NCBI GenBank assembly: GCA_963850385.1
Contig: CAWKKS010000001.1
Span: forward strand, 335,419-399,418
Direction: 5' to 3'
Length of the DNA stretch: 64,000 bases
Origin: Candidatus Dormiibacterota bacterium
GTDB taxonomy: Bacteria; Chloroflexota; Dormibacteria; Aeolococcales; Aeolococcaceae
Made by a program: the position numbers and the translations under genes. The notes below the pieces were generated by a model. It had not been told where the DNA came from and did not search any database. It was given only the letters and a program-made list of their open reading frames with translations. Positions 19,476 through 28,420 of this stretch are shown one piece after another (positions within the stretch are counted from its first letter, which is position 1; the number at the start of each line of letters is the position of its first letter).

Positions 19476-21440
19476 TCAGGGTCGGACTCTGACGGCCTCG
19501 AGCGCGACGATCGCGCTGGGGTTGTCCAGCGAGGAGAGATCGCCGGGCTCGACGCCGAGATACACGGCTCGCACGATGCGGCGAAGCACCTTGGCGTTGC
19601 GCGTCTTGGGTAATTCGGCGATCGCGATCACAGCCTTCGGTCGGAGCGCCTTCCCCAGCTCGGCCGTGACGCGCGCCGCCAGCGCCTCGCGCAGAGCCGC
19701 GCTGTCGGAGACGCCGGCCTTCAACACCACGAAGCAGACCAGTGCCTCGCCCTTCAGCTCGTCCGGCACCCCGATGGCCGCCGCCTCCGTGACGTCCGGA
19801 TCTGCCACCAGCGCCAACTCGACCTCGGCGGGCCCGAGCCGCTTGCCGGCCAGCTTGATGGTGTCGTCGCTGCGGCCGCGGATGTACCACAGACCGTCGA
19901 CGCCGACCTCCGCCCAGTCGCCGTGTACCCAGATGTTGAGCCAGCGCGACCAGTAAGTCTCGAGGTATCGCTCGCGGTCTCGCCAGAAGCCGCGTGTCAT
20001 GCCCGGCCAGGGCGAGCGCACCACCAGCTCGCCCACCTCGTTGCGGACGCTGTTGCCGTCGTCGTCGAGCACGTCGGCGTCCATCCCCGGGCACGGGCCC
20101 GCGAATGAGCACGGGTTGAGCGGGGTCAGCATGTTGCCGGAGAGGATGCCGCCGCTCACCTCAGTTCCGCCGCTGTAGTTGATGATCGGACAGCGACCAC
20201 CCCCCACGTTGTCGAGGAACCACCGCCAGGGGTCGACGTTCCACGGCTCGCCGCTGGAGCCCAGGACTCGCAGGGACGAGAGGTCGTGCGCGCCGGGTGC
20301 GTCGGTCCCGTGCCGCATCAGGGCGCGCACCACGGTCGGTGCCACGCCCAGCACGCTCACCCTCTGCCGCTCCACCACAGACCAGAGCCGGTCCGGGCCA
20401 GGATGGTCGGGGACACCTTCGAAGATGACCAGGGTGCAGCCGATGGTGAGCGCTCCACAGATCGCCCACGGGCCCATCATCCAGCCGATGTCGGTGTACC
20501 AGAGCAGGCGGTCTCCCGGCCCGACGTCAAAGCAGTGCGCCATGTCCTGGGTCGCCTTGACCGGGAAGCCACCCTGCACATGGACTGTCCCCTTGGGTCG
20601 GCCGGTCGTCCCGCTCGTGTAGATGAGCATGAACGGATCGTCGGCGGCGGTGTCGTGGGTGACCGCACCCGATGGCTGCGCGATGGTCAGGTCGTCGTAC
20701 CAGATGTCCCGCCCTCGCCGCATCGCGGTGCCGAGCGTCCCCAGCCGTCGCACCACCACGATGTGTTCGATGGACGGTGTCTGCTCTGCAACCTCGTCGG
20801 CGACCGGTTTGCCGGGCACTGCGTTTCCGCGGCGGAGGAAACCGTCGGCGACGAACAGCACCTTGGCGTCACAGTCGCTGAGCCGGGCGACGATGGCACC
20901 GGCGCCGTACCCGCTGAACAGGGGCACGACGATGGCTCCCACCTTCGAGCAGGCCAGGAACACGGCGACGGTCTCAGGGATCATGGGCAGGCAGATGCCG
21001 ATGCAGTCACCGGGCACGACGCCGAGTTCACGCAAGCCGTTGGCGCAGCGAGCGGTCTCGGCGGCCAGCTCGAGGTAGCTCCAGGTCCGTTGGGCCCCGT
21101 CGTCAGCCTCCCACACGACGGCGTCCCGGCCCGGTTGCGCGAGCGCCCACCTGTCGACGGCATTGATGGCCAGGTTGAGCCGCCCCCCCGGCCACCACCG
21201 CGTGAAGGGGAGGCCCTCGCTGGTATCCCGCATCCGCGTCGGGCGCTGATGCCACCCGATGTCGATGTCGTCGATCGTCGCGGCCCAGAACCGTTCGGGG
21301 TCGCGTCGCGCCAGGTCGTTCAGTGACTCGAGGTCGGCGACGCCCAGCTTGGTCATGAAGGACCACAGCCGGCTGCGCTCAACCTGCTCGCGCGTCGGCG
21401 TCCATGCGAACGGGCCGGCGGGACCTGCTCCGTCACTCAC
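19476..21440 (-). CDS. AMP-dependent acyl-CoA synthetase (acetate/acetoacetate-CoA ligase family)
   Basis: Motifs YTSGTTGRPKG, GWMMGPW, YSGGTEV and DDTIKLAGKRLGPAEVE. The GTG at 21440 is preceded by AAGGTG. Confidence 0.85.
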   Translation of the reverse strand: MSDGAGPAGPFAWTPTREQVERSRLWSFMTKLGVADLESLNDLARRDPERFWAATIDDIDIGWHQRPTRMRDTSEGLPFTRWWPGGRLNLAINAVDRWALAQPGRDAVVWEADDGAQRTWSYLELAAETARCANGLRELGVVPGDCIGICLPMIPETVAVFLACSKVGAIVVPLFSGYGAGAIVARLSDCDAKVLFVADGFLRRGNAVPGKPVADEVAEQTPSIEHIVVVRRLGTLGTAMRRGRDIWYDDLTIAQPSGAVTHDTAADDPFMLIYTSGTTGRPKGTVHVQGGFPVKATQDMAHCFDVGPGDRLLWYTDIGWMMGPWAICGALTIGCTLVIFEGVPDHPGPDRLWSVVERQRVSVLGVAPTVVRALMRHGTDAPGAHDLSSLRVLGSSGEPWNVDPWRWFLDNVGGGRCPIINYSGGTEVSGGILSGNMLTPLNPCSFAGPCPGMDADVLDDDGNSVRNEVGELVVRSPWPGMTRGFWRDRERYLETYWSRWLNIWVHGDWAEVGVDGLWYIRGRSDDTIKLAGKRLGPAEVELALVADPDVTEAAAIGVPDELKGEALVCFVVLKAGVSDSAALREALAARVTAELGKALRPKAVIAIAELPKTRNAKVLRRIVRAVYLGVEPGDLSSLDNPSAIVALEAVRVRP

Positions 21441-21507
21441 GGTGCGCACCTTATGCCGAGCCGCAGGTGGTGCGCACGGCGCCGCAACCAGGCGGCCGGT
21501 TGCCCCG

Positions 21508-22206
21508 TCAGGCGGCCCAGGCGAGACAGTCCGTGGCGGCGACCCCGGCGGGCACCAGGTAGCCGCGCGGGAAGATGGAGCAGGGGTTGACGGGGATCCC
21601 GCCGCGGTCGACCTCGAAATGGAGGTGCGGACCGGTGCTGTTGCCGGTGCTCCCCACGTACCCGATCGGGTCCCCGGCGCGGACGACGTCACCGTCCGGC
21701 ACCGCGACCCCATCGAGGTGCCCGTACAGGTACACAACTCCACCGCTGGGCGCTGCCGACGGCACCAACAGGATGTGCACCCCGAAGCCGACCGTTGACT
21801 CGACCACCTGCACGGCACCGTCGACCGCCGCGTAGACCGGGGTGCCCCTTGCCGCCGCCATGTCGACGCCGGTGTGGAACCACCGGTACCCGGCGTGCGC
21901 AGCATCGGGAGGACATGAATACCCCGGCGGCGGTAACGGCTCCGAGGCGAAGTCGGTGCACCCGAAGCCCTGGCTCACCCGGAACTGCCCTGCGGCCAGC
22001 GGTTGCGCGGTGCCCATCACCAGACCTCCGGCCGCGTCGACCTGGTTGGTCGCACCGCCTGTGAACGGCACTAGGTGGCTCACCATGGAGACGATCACAA
22101 GCACCGGAAGCGCAACCACCACGGCACCTGCCCCGCAGCCACACGCGAGCACGCGACGCGCAGCGCGGGTACCGAGCACGCTCGCCGCCGCGGAGAACGG
22201 GATCAC
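21508..22206 (-). CDS. membrane-anchored M23 family metallopeptidase
   Basis: N-terminal TM helix, then FHTGVDMAA..GTPVYAAVDG and GSTGNSTGPHLHFEV (the HxxxD and HxH motifs). GTGA overlap with the upstream ATPase gene. Confidence 0.85.
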   Translation of the reverse strand: MIPFSAAASVLGTRAARRVLACGCGAGAVVVALPVLVIVSMVSHLVPFTGGATNQVDAAGGLVMGTAQPLAAGQFRVSQGFGCTDFASEPLPPPGYSCPPDAAHAGYRWFHTGVDMAAARGTPVYAAVDGAVQVVESTVGFGVHILLVPSAAPSGGVVYLYGHLDGVAVPDGDVVRAGDPIGYVGSTGNSTGPHLHFEVDRGGIPVNPCSIFPRGYLVPAGVAATDCLAWAA

Positions 22207-24839
22207 CCCACGTCCGCGATGGAGCCGACACGGCGCGCGCCAGCTCGTGTGTCCGCCAGGGCCATCAATGCCGGGCCCGGCACCACGCTGACCACCGCGC
22301 GCTCGGCGCCCGCCATCAGGACGCCCCGACCCGGGACGGACGGGCAGATCGCGGCCACCTCCTCGTCGCGCAGCTTGAACACCTCGGCAACCTCATCGAC
22401 CACGGCCTCCTCGGTGCCGAGGACGAGCTTGGTGGACGATGTCGCCGCCAGCGTCCGGCCGAGGTCGGTGCGCATGAAATCCTCGATGCGCTGGGACACC
22501 ATCCACACCCCGGCGCCGTGCTTGCGAGCCTGCCGCACCAACTGCCCGAGCACCTCGCCGGCGTCCGGGTCGGAGGTGACCCGATGGGCCTCATCGACGA
22601 CCACGATCATGCGGCGACGTCCGTGCCGCAGCGCGTCGAGGATGGCGGTCAGCAGAACCGCGAGAGCAGGCGTCAGGTCGGCACCGTAGGTCATCGCGAA
22701 GGTGCGCAGCCCGATCGCGACCGGCTGGTCGGTGACCGCGAACGTCGATTGCCTGTCGAACATGGCCGCGCGACGGCCCTGGGTGAACCTGAGCAATCGC
22801 GCCGTGATGACACGGCACCGCTCGCGCTCACGCGCGGTGAGGGCAGACACCATGGAATGGTCCTGAAGGTGCGTGACAAGGTCGCGCAGGAGGGGAGGGG
22901 GCCCGTGCCCCCGGCGCGCGCCGAGGAAGTCGATCAACTCACCGTGGAGCCACCCCTGGTCCTCGTCAGGGAGGCGGCGGATCGGCCGTCCGTCGCGCAT
23001 CCCGCGATCGTCTCCCGACATCAGCGACAGGATCGGCAGCACCATGCCGGCGCCGGTGTCCGGTGTGACACCGGCTGTGACACCGAGGGGATTGAGCGCC
23101 TCGACACCTAGCTCGAGGTAGCGGCCACCGACGGCTCGCATCACCGGCGCGTACTCGGAGTCCGGGTCGATGACCACGGCGCCCACTCGTTCCATCACGT
23201 GGCGCACCAGCAGCGTCTTGGCGGCGACCGATTTGCCCGAACCGGAGCTGCCCACGACCACGACGTTGTGGTTCGGCTGGCTCCATGCGGAGAAGTGCGC
23301 GGGGGTGCCGTTGAGGACGTTGAGCCCGACCAGTGGCGCCGTGATGTCGGCGAACGGCGTTCCCAGGCACGGCAGAAGCCGCTCCACCACCGAGTCGGAG
23401 GTGAGCACCAGGCTGCGGGCCAGCGGTGGGCAGCCGGGCGCCGCTGCAAGAGATGGGAGGAAACCTGGCCCATCCACCCCGGTCGCCTGGAACCCGTGCG
23501 CAAGCAGCACTGCGGCGAGACGCTCAGCGGCATCGAGAGCGCGTTGTCGCACCGGGTCGCCCAGTGAGATCGTCAGCGCGATACGGCAGGGGGTGATGTC
23601 GCGCTGGGCTAGCGCCGCGGCCACGTCGGCGGTGTCCTGCAGGGCCAGCTGGGCCTCGACGGGCTCGACGCCGGTTCGTGTGGCGTGTCGCAACATCGAT
23701 GAGCGCCGCCGAAGGTAACGCTGCGCAGACGAGGCGGCCACCGGCACAACGTGGAGGCTGACAATCCCAAAACAGTGGGCGCGTGTCATCGCGTCCACCA
23801 CCACACCGAGGTCGAGCGACGCAGGCAGACGTGTGGCGGTGAGCACCACGTGGTGCCGCTCGGCGATGTGCAGCGCGTTCACACCGGTCAGCGCGCGCGC
23901 CGCTGCCAGGGGAGTGTTGGCGAGCAGTGCGGCGACATCGTCACGGTCGGCCGCCCGCACATCGATGGCAAATCCCGGCGCCAGCCGCAGCGCCGACTGG
24001 AGCACATGTTCAGCCTCCGCGGCGCTCGCCGCCCGCGCACGTCCGGCACGCCACGGGGTTGCCAGGTGGGGCACGCCATCCGGGCCCGCGCTGAGGGGTG
24101 CGAGCACCACGTGGTGACGCAGGCCGAGAGTGGTCTGCGCAAGCCTGGCCGCAAGCGTGCGCTCGATGGCACGCAGAGGCGTGAGCGGCCAGCCGGCCAC
24201 CCGGCTGTCGAAGGCGTCGCCGACCCGCTCGGCGTCGTGGTGTGTCATCAGGGTGACCAGCTGCACTGGGCACTCGATGGCTTCCATCCAGCGCACCGCG
24301 GATCGACACCAATCGAGGTATGCGTCGCTGGAGATGCTGACCGGCGGACCTTCGAGCACCAGCACCGCGCGGTGCCCACCCGGGTCCAGCCTCACGATGC
24401 CGTCCCCCACGTCCGTCGGCACCGGTACAGACACCGCGACCCGCCAGCCACGCGGCTGCCACCGCCGCGGGCAGACGGCTGCGCGCTCGTCGCTCACGTG
24501 CACCGAACCGGCGACCTCGCGGACGCGTGCGCGGCGGGCCTGCCCGCGCGCGATCGTCGACGGGAGCAGACGCCACGCGTGCCGGTAGGCGAGGTGGGTG
24601 CCGATCCACACGCCCTCCCGCTCAGGCAGACCGAAGGACGCCGCCATCGCCAGGATGAAGCCGGCACTCGCAGGCCCCCACAGGCCGGGAAGGTGAACCG
24701 TGAGCAGGAGGTACGCGGCTGGGCTGACCACCGCTGCGATGGCAATCGCGCGCACCGGTAGCATGAGCGGGCCGACTGCGACGCGGAACTGGGCATCGAC
24801 GTTGAGCGGAACGCGAATCGCCGCGACCTGGCGCCTCAC
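22203..24839 (-). CDS. VirB4/TrsE-type T4SS ATPase with a fused N-terminal VirB3/PrgI-like membrane domain
   Basis: 878 aa. The N-terminal ~95 aa hold two TM helices. Walker A is VVVGSSGSGKS and Walker B is RMIVVVDEAH, followed by GAGVWMVSQR. GTGA overlaps at both ends. Confidence 0.8.
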   Translation of the reverse strand: MRRQVAAIRVPLNVDAQFRVAVGPLMLPVRAIAIAAVVSPAAYLLLTVHLPGLWGPASAGFILAMAASFGLPEREGVWIGTHLAYRHAWRLLPSTIARGQARRARVREVAGSVHVSDERAAVCPRRWQPRGWRVAVSVPVPTDVGDGIVRLDPGGHRAVLVLEGPPVSISSDAYLDWCRSAVRWMEAIECPVQLVTLMTHHDAERVGDAFDSRVAGWPLTPLRAIERTLAARLAQTTLGLRHHVVLAPLSAGPDGVPHLATPWRAGRARAASAAEAEHVLQSALRLAPGFAIDVRAADRDDVAALLANTPLAAARALTGVNALHIAERHHVVLTATRLPASLDLGVVVDAMTRAHCFGIVSLHVVPVAASSAQRYLRRRSSMLRHATRTGVEPVEAQLALQDTADVAAALAQRDITPCRIALTISLGDPVRQRALDAAERLAAVLLAHGFQATGVDGPGFLPSLAAAPGCPPLARSLVLTSDSVVERLLPCLGTPFADITAPLVGLNVLNGTPAHFSAWSQPNHNVVVVGSSGSGKSVAAKTLLVRHVMERVGAVVIDPDSEYAPVMRAVGGRYLELGVEALNPLGVTAGVTPDTGAGMVLPILSLMSGDDRGMRDGRPIRRLPDEDQGWLHGELIDFLGARRGHGPPPLLRDLVTHLQDHSMVSALTARERERCRVITARLLRFTQGRRAAMFDRQSTFAVTDQPVAIGLRTFAMTYGADLTPALAVLLTAILDALRHGRRRMIVVVDEAHRVTSDPDAGEVLGQLVRQARKHGAGVWMVSQRIEDFMRTDLGRTLAATSSTKLVLGTEEAVVDEVAEVFKLRDEEVAAICPSVPGRGVLMAGAERAVVSVVPGPALMALADTRAGARRVGSIADVG

Positions 24840-26476
24840 CGCAGCTGGGTCCGCGAGCGCAGGATCGGCGTGAGGTCGGGTGGCTGGTTGTGCAGGAGAC
24901 CAGCGAACATCGCCCCTGCCACGGCGTCCCCGACGTCCGGGTCACGGGCGATCAGGCTGGTGTACTCGGCGACGCGGCCCGGCGGTGGGGTGCCGCCGAG
25001 CTCGTTGTGGCGGGTGGCATCGAGCACCGCGCGACGTCCCTCGGCCCCGCTTGCGAAGCGCCCGACCGCCGCTCCCACTGCGCGGTTGAAGGCATGCTGT
25101 GCTGCCGGGTCCTCGAGCAGGCCGACGACCGCCGCGTGGTGACTGAAGTCGGCGATCGCGGCGGCATCGATGGCCGCATCGATCTCAGGACTTGCCCCGG
25201 TCATCGCCGCTGCATGCCCTGCCGCGGCCGCCGCCACCACGGCTCCGGTGTCACTTCCCGGGCGAGGCTGGTCGCCGGTGGAGACGCCATGCCGCGCCGG
25301 GCTGCTCAGGGTTTCAAGGAACCCACCGGGTCGCGGACGGAGCCCGCCGATCCGCATCAGCGCTGAGACGTCCCCGGCCGCATTCGGCAGCGCCATCACC
25401 CCCGTCGACAGTGCCGTGGCCGCCCCTGTGATTCCGCCATGGCTGAACGACCGCCAGGCCAGGCCATGAACCGCCTTGCCCGTCATCCAGATACCGCCGA
25501 GCACGCCGAGGCACGCGAGCAGGGTGCGGGTCAACCCCTCCGCGGCACCGGTCGTCGACAGGGCGCCCTGGTCGGCACCGAGGAAGAACATGGCGATGCC
25601 GGCCGTGAGCGACCCGCAGATTGCGAGGATGATCGGCAGCAACATGGCGGAGGTGAAGAGGTCCATCCACCACTGCACGAACCGGTTGCGGTGGTCGTAC
25701 ACCGCCAGCGCCACGAACAGTGGTGCAGACGCGACCGCGAACACCAGCTGGACGATTCGCAACAGGTACAGCGCCAGCACGTAGACGAACGCGATCGCCA
25801 CCAGCAGGATGGGGATCGCCACCAGGAAGTCGCCGACCCCGGCGAGGCCGAAGCCCACGGCCGCGATCCGGCCCACCACCCGGCCGAGGCCGCCGTTGGT
25901 GGCGAACGCCGACGCAACAGTCCTCGCGGCCGCCTCGGCGATCCTGCCGGAGGCGCTCGCGCTCAGTCTCATGGCGTTGAGGAGAAGCGACTGTCCGGGG
26001 GTGGGCGCCACAAGCAGACCGGCGACGATGACGGTCCGCATGATGTTGTCCGCCACCAGCTGGAGCGCGTCCGCGCGATGGTCGAACATGCCGCGCGCGA
26101 GACGTATCACGCAGCACGTCATGGCGATGAAGACACCGGAGACGGCGAAGCCGCTGTACAGCCGCGGCCAGGTGTCGGCCAGGGTCAGGTTGGACGGCTG
26201 CAGCTGATCGATGAGCTTGGGGCAGGAGTCCTGCAACCAATCTGCCTGGCATGCATTCCAACCGGGATCGCCGGCGTGCTGCGGGAGCGGCGACCCGAGT
26301 GTGTGGTGGTACAACCAGCGGAAGGGGTTCTGGAGCACCTCGCCGGCCTGCGAGATCGCATCGGCGGCGCCGCCCACCAGGTTGCACACGCCGTCGGGGA
26401 CGATGCCGAAAGGCCCGCACGACGACAGCAGGATCTCAAGATGCAGGCCGGTGGAGACTGGGAACGTCGACGTCAC
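24836..26476 (-). CDS. polytopic membrane protein, TrbL/VirB6-like, with a long Ala/Gly-rich C-terminal tail
   Basis: 546 aa. GTG start behind GAAGGGGG. Multiple TM helices. The core LLRIVQLVFAVASAPLFVALAVYDHRNRFVQWWMDLFTSAMLLPIIL resembles the 435-1406 protein. Confidence 0.6.
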   Translation of the reverse strand: MTSTFPVSTGLHLEILLSSCGPFGIVPDGVCNLVGGAADAISQAGEVLQNPFRWLYHHTLGSPLPQHAGDPGWNACQADWLQDSCPKLIDQLQPSNLTLADTWPRLYSGFAVSGVFIAMTCCVIRLARGMFDHRADALQLVADNIMRTVIVAGLLVAPTPGQSLLLNAMRLSASASGRIAEAAARTVASAFATNGGLGRVVGRIAAVGFGLAGVGDFLVAIPILLVAIAFVYVLALYLLRIVQLVFAVASAPLFVALAVYDHRNRFVQWWMDLFTSAMLLPIILAICGSLTAGIAMFFLGADQGALSTTGAAEGLTRTLLACLGVLGGIWMTGKAVHGLAWRSFSHGGITGAATALSTGVMALPNAAGDVSALMRIGGLRPRPGGFLETLSSPARHGVSTGDQPRPGSDTGAVVAAAAAGHAAAMTGASPEIDAAIDAAAIADFSHHAAVVGLLEDPAAQHAFNRAVGAAVGRFASGAEGRRAVLDATRHNELGGTPPPGRVAEYTSLIARDPDVGDAVAGAMFAGLLHNQPPDLTPILRSRTQLR

Positions 26477-26879
26477 ACTGCACCCCCTTCAGCGCTGCTC
26501 GCCACTCCACGCTACGGGGGACCGGCGGACGGCCCGAGGACAAGTGGTTCAGCGACCAACGTCGCGGGCGCTGTTCTGGTGACGGCGTTGCGGATGCCCG
26601 CGGGTCCGTCCGGCCAGGGCTGCGCTCGCCGGCGAACCGTGAGCCGGTGCCGACATACCGTTGTGCGGACCAATGCGGGCGCGCGGCTCGGCGTGACTGC
26701 AGTCGTACGGACGGAGCCGCAGCTCCCTGACGATCAGCTCTCCCATGGCGCAACGCTGCGAGGTCTGCGCAGACACCGCACGTACGTGGTGGTCCTCGGC
26801 CGCGCAACGTCTCGCCGCCGTCCGTCCGCGCCGATGACGGTTACCAGCTGTCGCGCAGGTGCAGCCAGGAGGTTCCCGA

Positions 26880-27146
26880 ATGATCATGCTCATCACCACC
26901 CTGACCACGCTGCTCGCCGACATCCAGGTCGACCCCAGCCACGACACGCTGCACGTCTGGGACACGGTGGCGAGCCCGCTGCTCACGGCAGCCGAGTACC
27001 TCATCCCGGCCGGCGTGGCCTTCTCCAGCCTGCACAGGGTGATGCAGCACCAGGAGTCCGGTTCGGGGTTCCTCGTCGACATGCTCGTCAAGGGAGGGGG
27101 CGCCGTGCTGGTCATCCAGCTGGTCAAGTCGTTTTTGCATGTCTGA
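26880..27146 (+). CDS. 88-aa small hydrophobic protein, candidate VirB2-like subunit
   Basis: The ATG at 26880 lies 7 nt after AGGAGG (26867-26872). Very high GC3. Two hydrophobic helices flank the polar loop HRVMQHQESGSG. The family call is by topology and context only. Confidence 0.5.
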   Translation: MIMLITTLTTLLADIQVDPSHDTLHVWDTVASPLLTAAEYLIPAGVAFSSLHRVMQHQESGSGFLVDMLVKGGGAVLVIQLVKSFLHV

Positions 27147-27158
27147 CGCCAGCGCGCG

Positions 27159-28373
27159 TCAGCTGTCTCCCTCGCGCAGGTCCTCCCCTCGGAAGTCGAG
27201 GTCGCGCAGCGCCGGTGCCCCGCCGCGCCTGGGCGCAGCCGCGCCGAACCGCTCGCGCAGCGCGTCCAGCGTCCTGTCGAGCCGCGTGTCACGTGGCGGG
27301 CCGTCGCCCTCGAACAGGTCGAGCTGAGCGGCGTCGACGACACCGCTCACCCCCATGCCGAGCAGCCGCACCGGTGCACCGGACCACGCCGCCTCGAAGA
27401 GCGCCGTCCCCGCCTGGGCCAGGGCGAGGTCGCCGTCCTGCGGGGTCGGGAAGGTGTGCTGGCGCGTGAACGTCGCGAAGTCCGAGTAGCGCAGCTTGAT
27501 GGTGGCGGTGCGTGCCGCCCAGTGTCCGTGGCGCAGCTGCCTGCCGACGTCGCCGGCGCAGCCGCGCAGGAGACGGTGCAGCTGCGCGCGGTCGCTGATG
27601 TCCTCGCTGAACGTCTCCTCGCGCGAGATGCTCTTCGGTCGATCGGGGACGGTCACCTCGCTGCGGTCGATTCCCCGGGCGCGCTCGCTGAGGCTGAGTG
27701 CGGCGTGCTCGCCGAGGCGCCGGCGCAGTGCATCCAGCGGGAACGCGGCAAGGTCGCCCAGGGTCACCAGTCCGAGGCTGAGCAGCGCCTTCTCTGAGGC
27801 GGGTCCCAGCCCGGGGAGGCGGCGCAGCGGCAGGGGCGCGAGGAACGCGGCCTCGTCGCCGGGCGGCACCACGACCATCCCGCGCGGCTTCTCCAGGTCC
27901 GACGCCACCTTGGCCACCAGCTTCGACGTCGCCACCCCGCACGAGGCGTCCAGCCGGCAGTGCTCACGGATGCTGTCGCACAGCTCGCGCGCCATCTGGT
28001 CGGGCGGACCGAGGGCGCGGATCGAGCCGGTGACGTCGAGGTAGGCCTCGTCGAGCGACACCGGCTCCATCTGGGGGGTGAGCTGGCGAGCCAGCGCGAA
28101 GACTGCGCGTGACGCTTCGCGATAGGCGGTGAAGTCGACCGGGAGCACCACCGCGTGTGGGCACAGCCGCAGCGCGCGCCCGAGCGGCATCGCCGAGTGC
28201 ACCCCGAACCGTCGCGCCTCGTACGACGCGGCGCTGACCACGCCGCGACGGTAGTGGTCGCCCCCGCCGCCGACGATGATCGCCTTGCCGCGCAGCTCAG
28301 GCCGGCGCAATTGCTCGACCGAGGCGTAGAAGGCGTCGAGGTCGACGTGGATGATGGCGCGCGGCCAGTTCAC
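27159..28373 (-). CDS. dinB: DNA polymerase IV (Y-family)
   Basis: IIHVDLDAFYASVEQ, SYEARRFGVHSAMP and SLDEAYLDV. GTG start at 28373. 405 codons. Confidence 0.9.
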   Translation of the reverse strand: MNWPRAIIHVDLDAFYASVEQLRRPELRGKAIIVGGGGDHYRRGVVSAASYEARRFGVHSAMPLGRALRLCPHAVVLPVDFTAYREASRAVFALARQLTPQMEPVSLDEAYLDVTGSIRALGPPDQMARELCDSIREHCRLDASCGVATSKLVAKVASDLEKPRGMVVVPPGDEAAFLAPLPLRRLPGLGPASEKALLSLGLVTLGDLAAFPLDALRRRLGEHAALSLSERARGIDRSEVTVPDRPKSISREETFSEDISDRAQLHRLLRGCAGDVGRQLRHGHWAARTATIKLRYSDFATFTRQHTFPTPQDGDLALAQAGTALFEAAWSGAPVRLLGMGVSGVVDAAQLDLFEGDGPPRDTRLDRTLDALRERFGAAAPRRGGAPALRDLDFRGEDLREGDS

Positions 28374-28420
28374 CCGCCAAGTATCGGACTGCCGTGGACG
28401 CTCCTGCGGCCGCGCCCGGT

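Noticed and set aside
21442-21477. 9-bp hairpin (GTGCGCACC ... GGTGCGCAC, 18-nt loop) between the M23 gene stop and the acyl-CoA synthetase start
   Set aside because: It could be a terminator for the T4SS-like operon or an RBS-sequestering element. It lacks a U-tract and is built from a self-palindromic GGTGCGCACC, a sequence type common in high-GC DNA. Evidence is insufficient.
26549-26746. 65-codon minus-strand ORF (MGELIVRELRLRPYDCSHAEPRARIG...) inside the T4SS control region
   Set aside because: It has no SD, weaker third-position GC than its neighbours and an Arg/His-rich tail. I did not call it as a gene, although a small regulator cannot be excluded.
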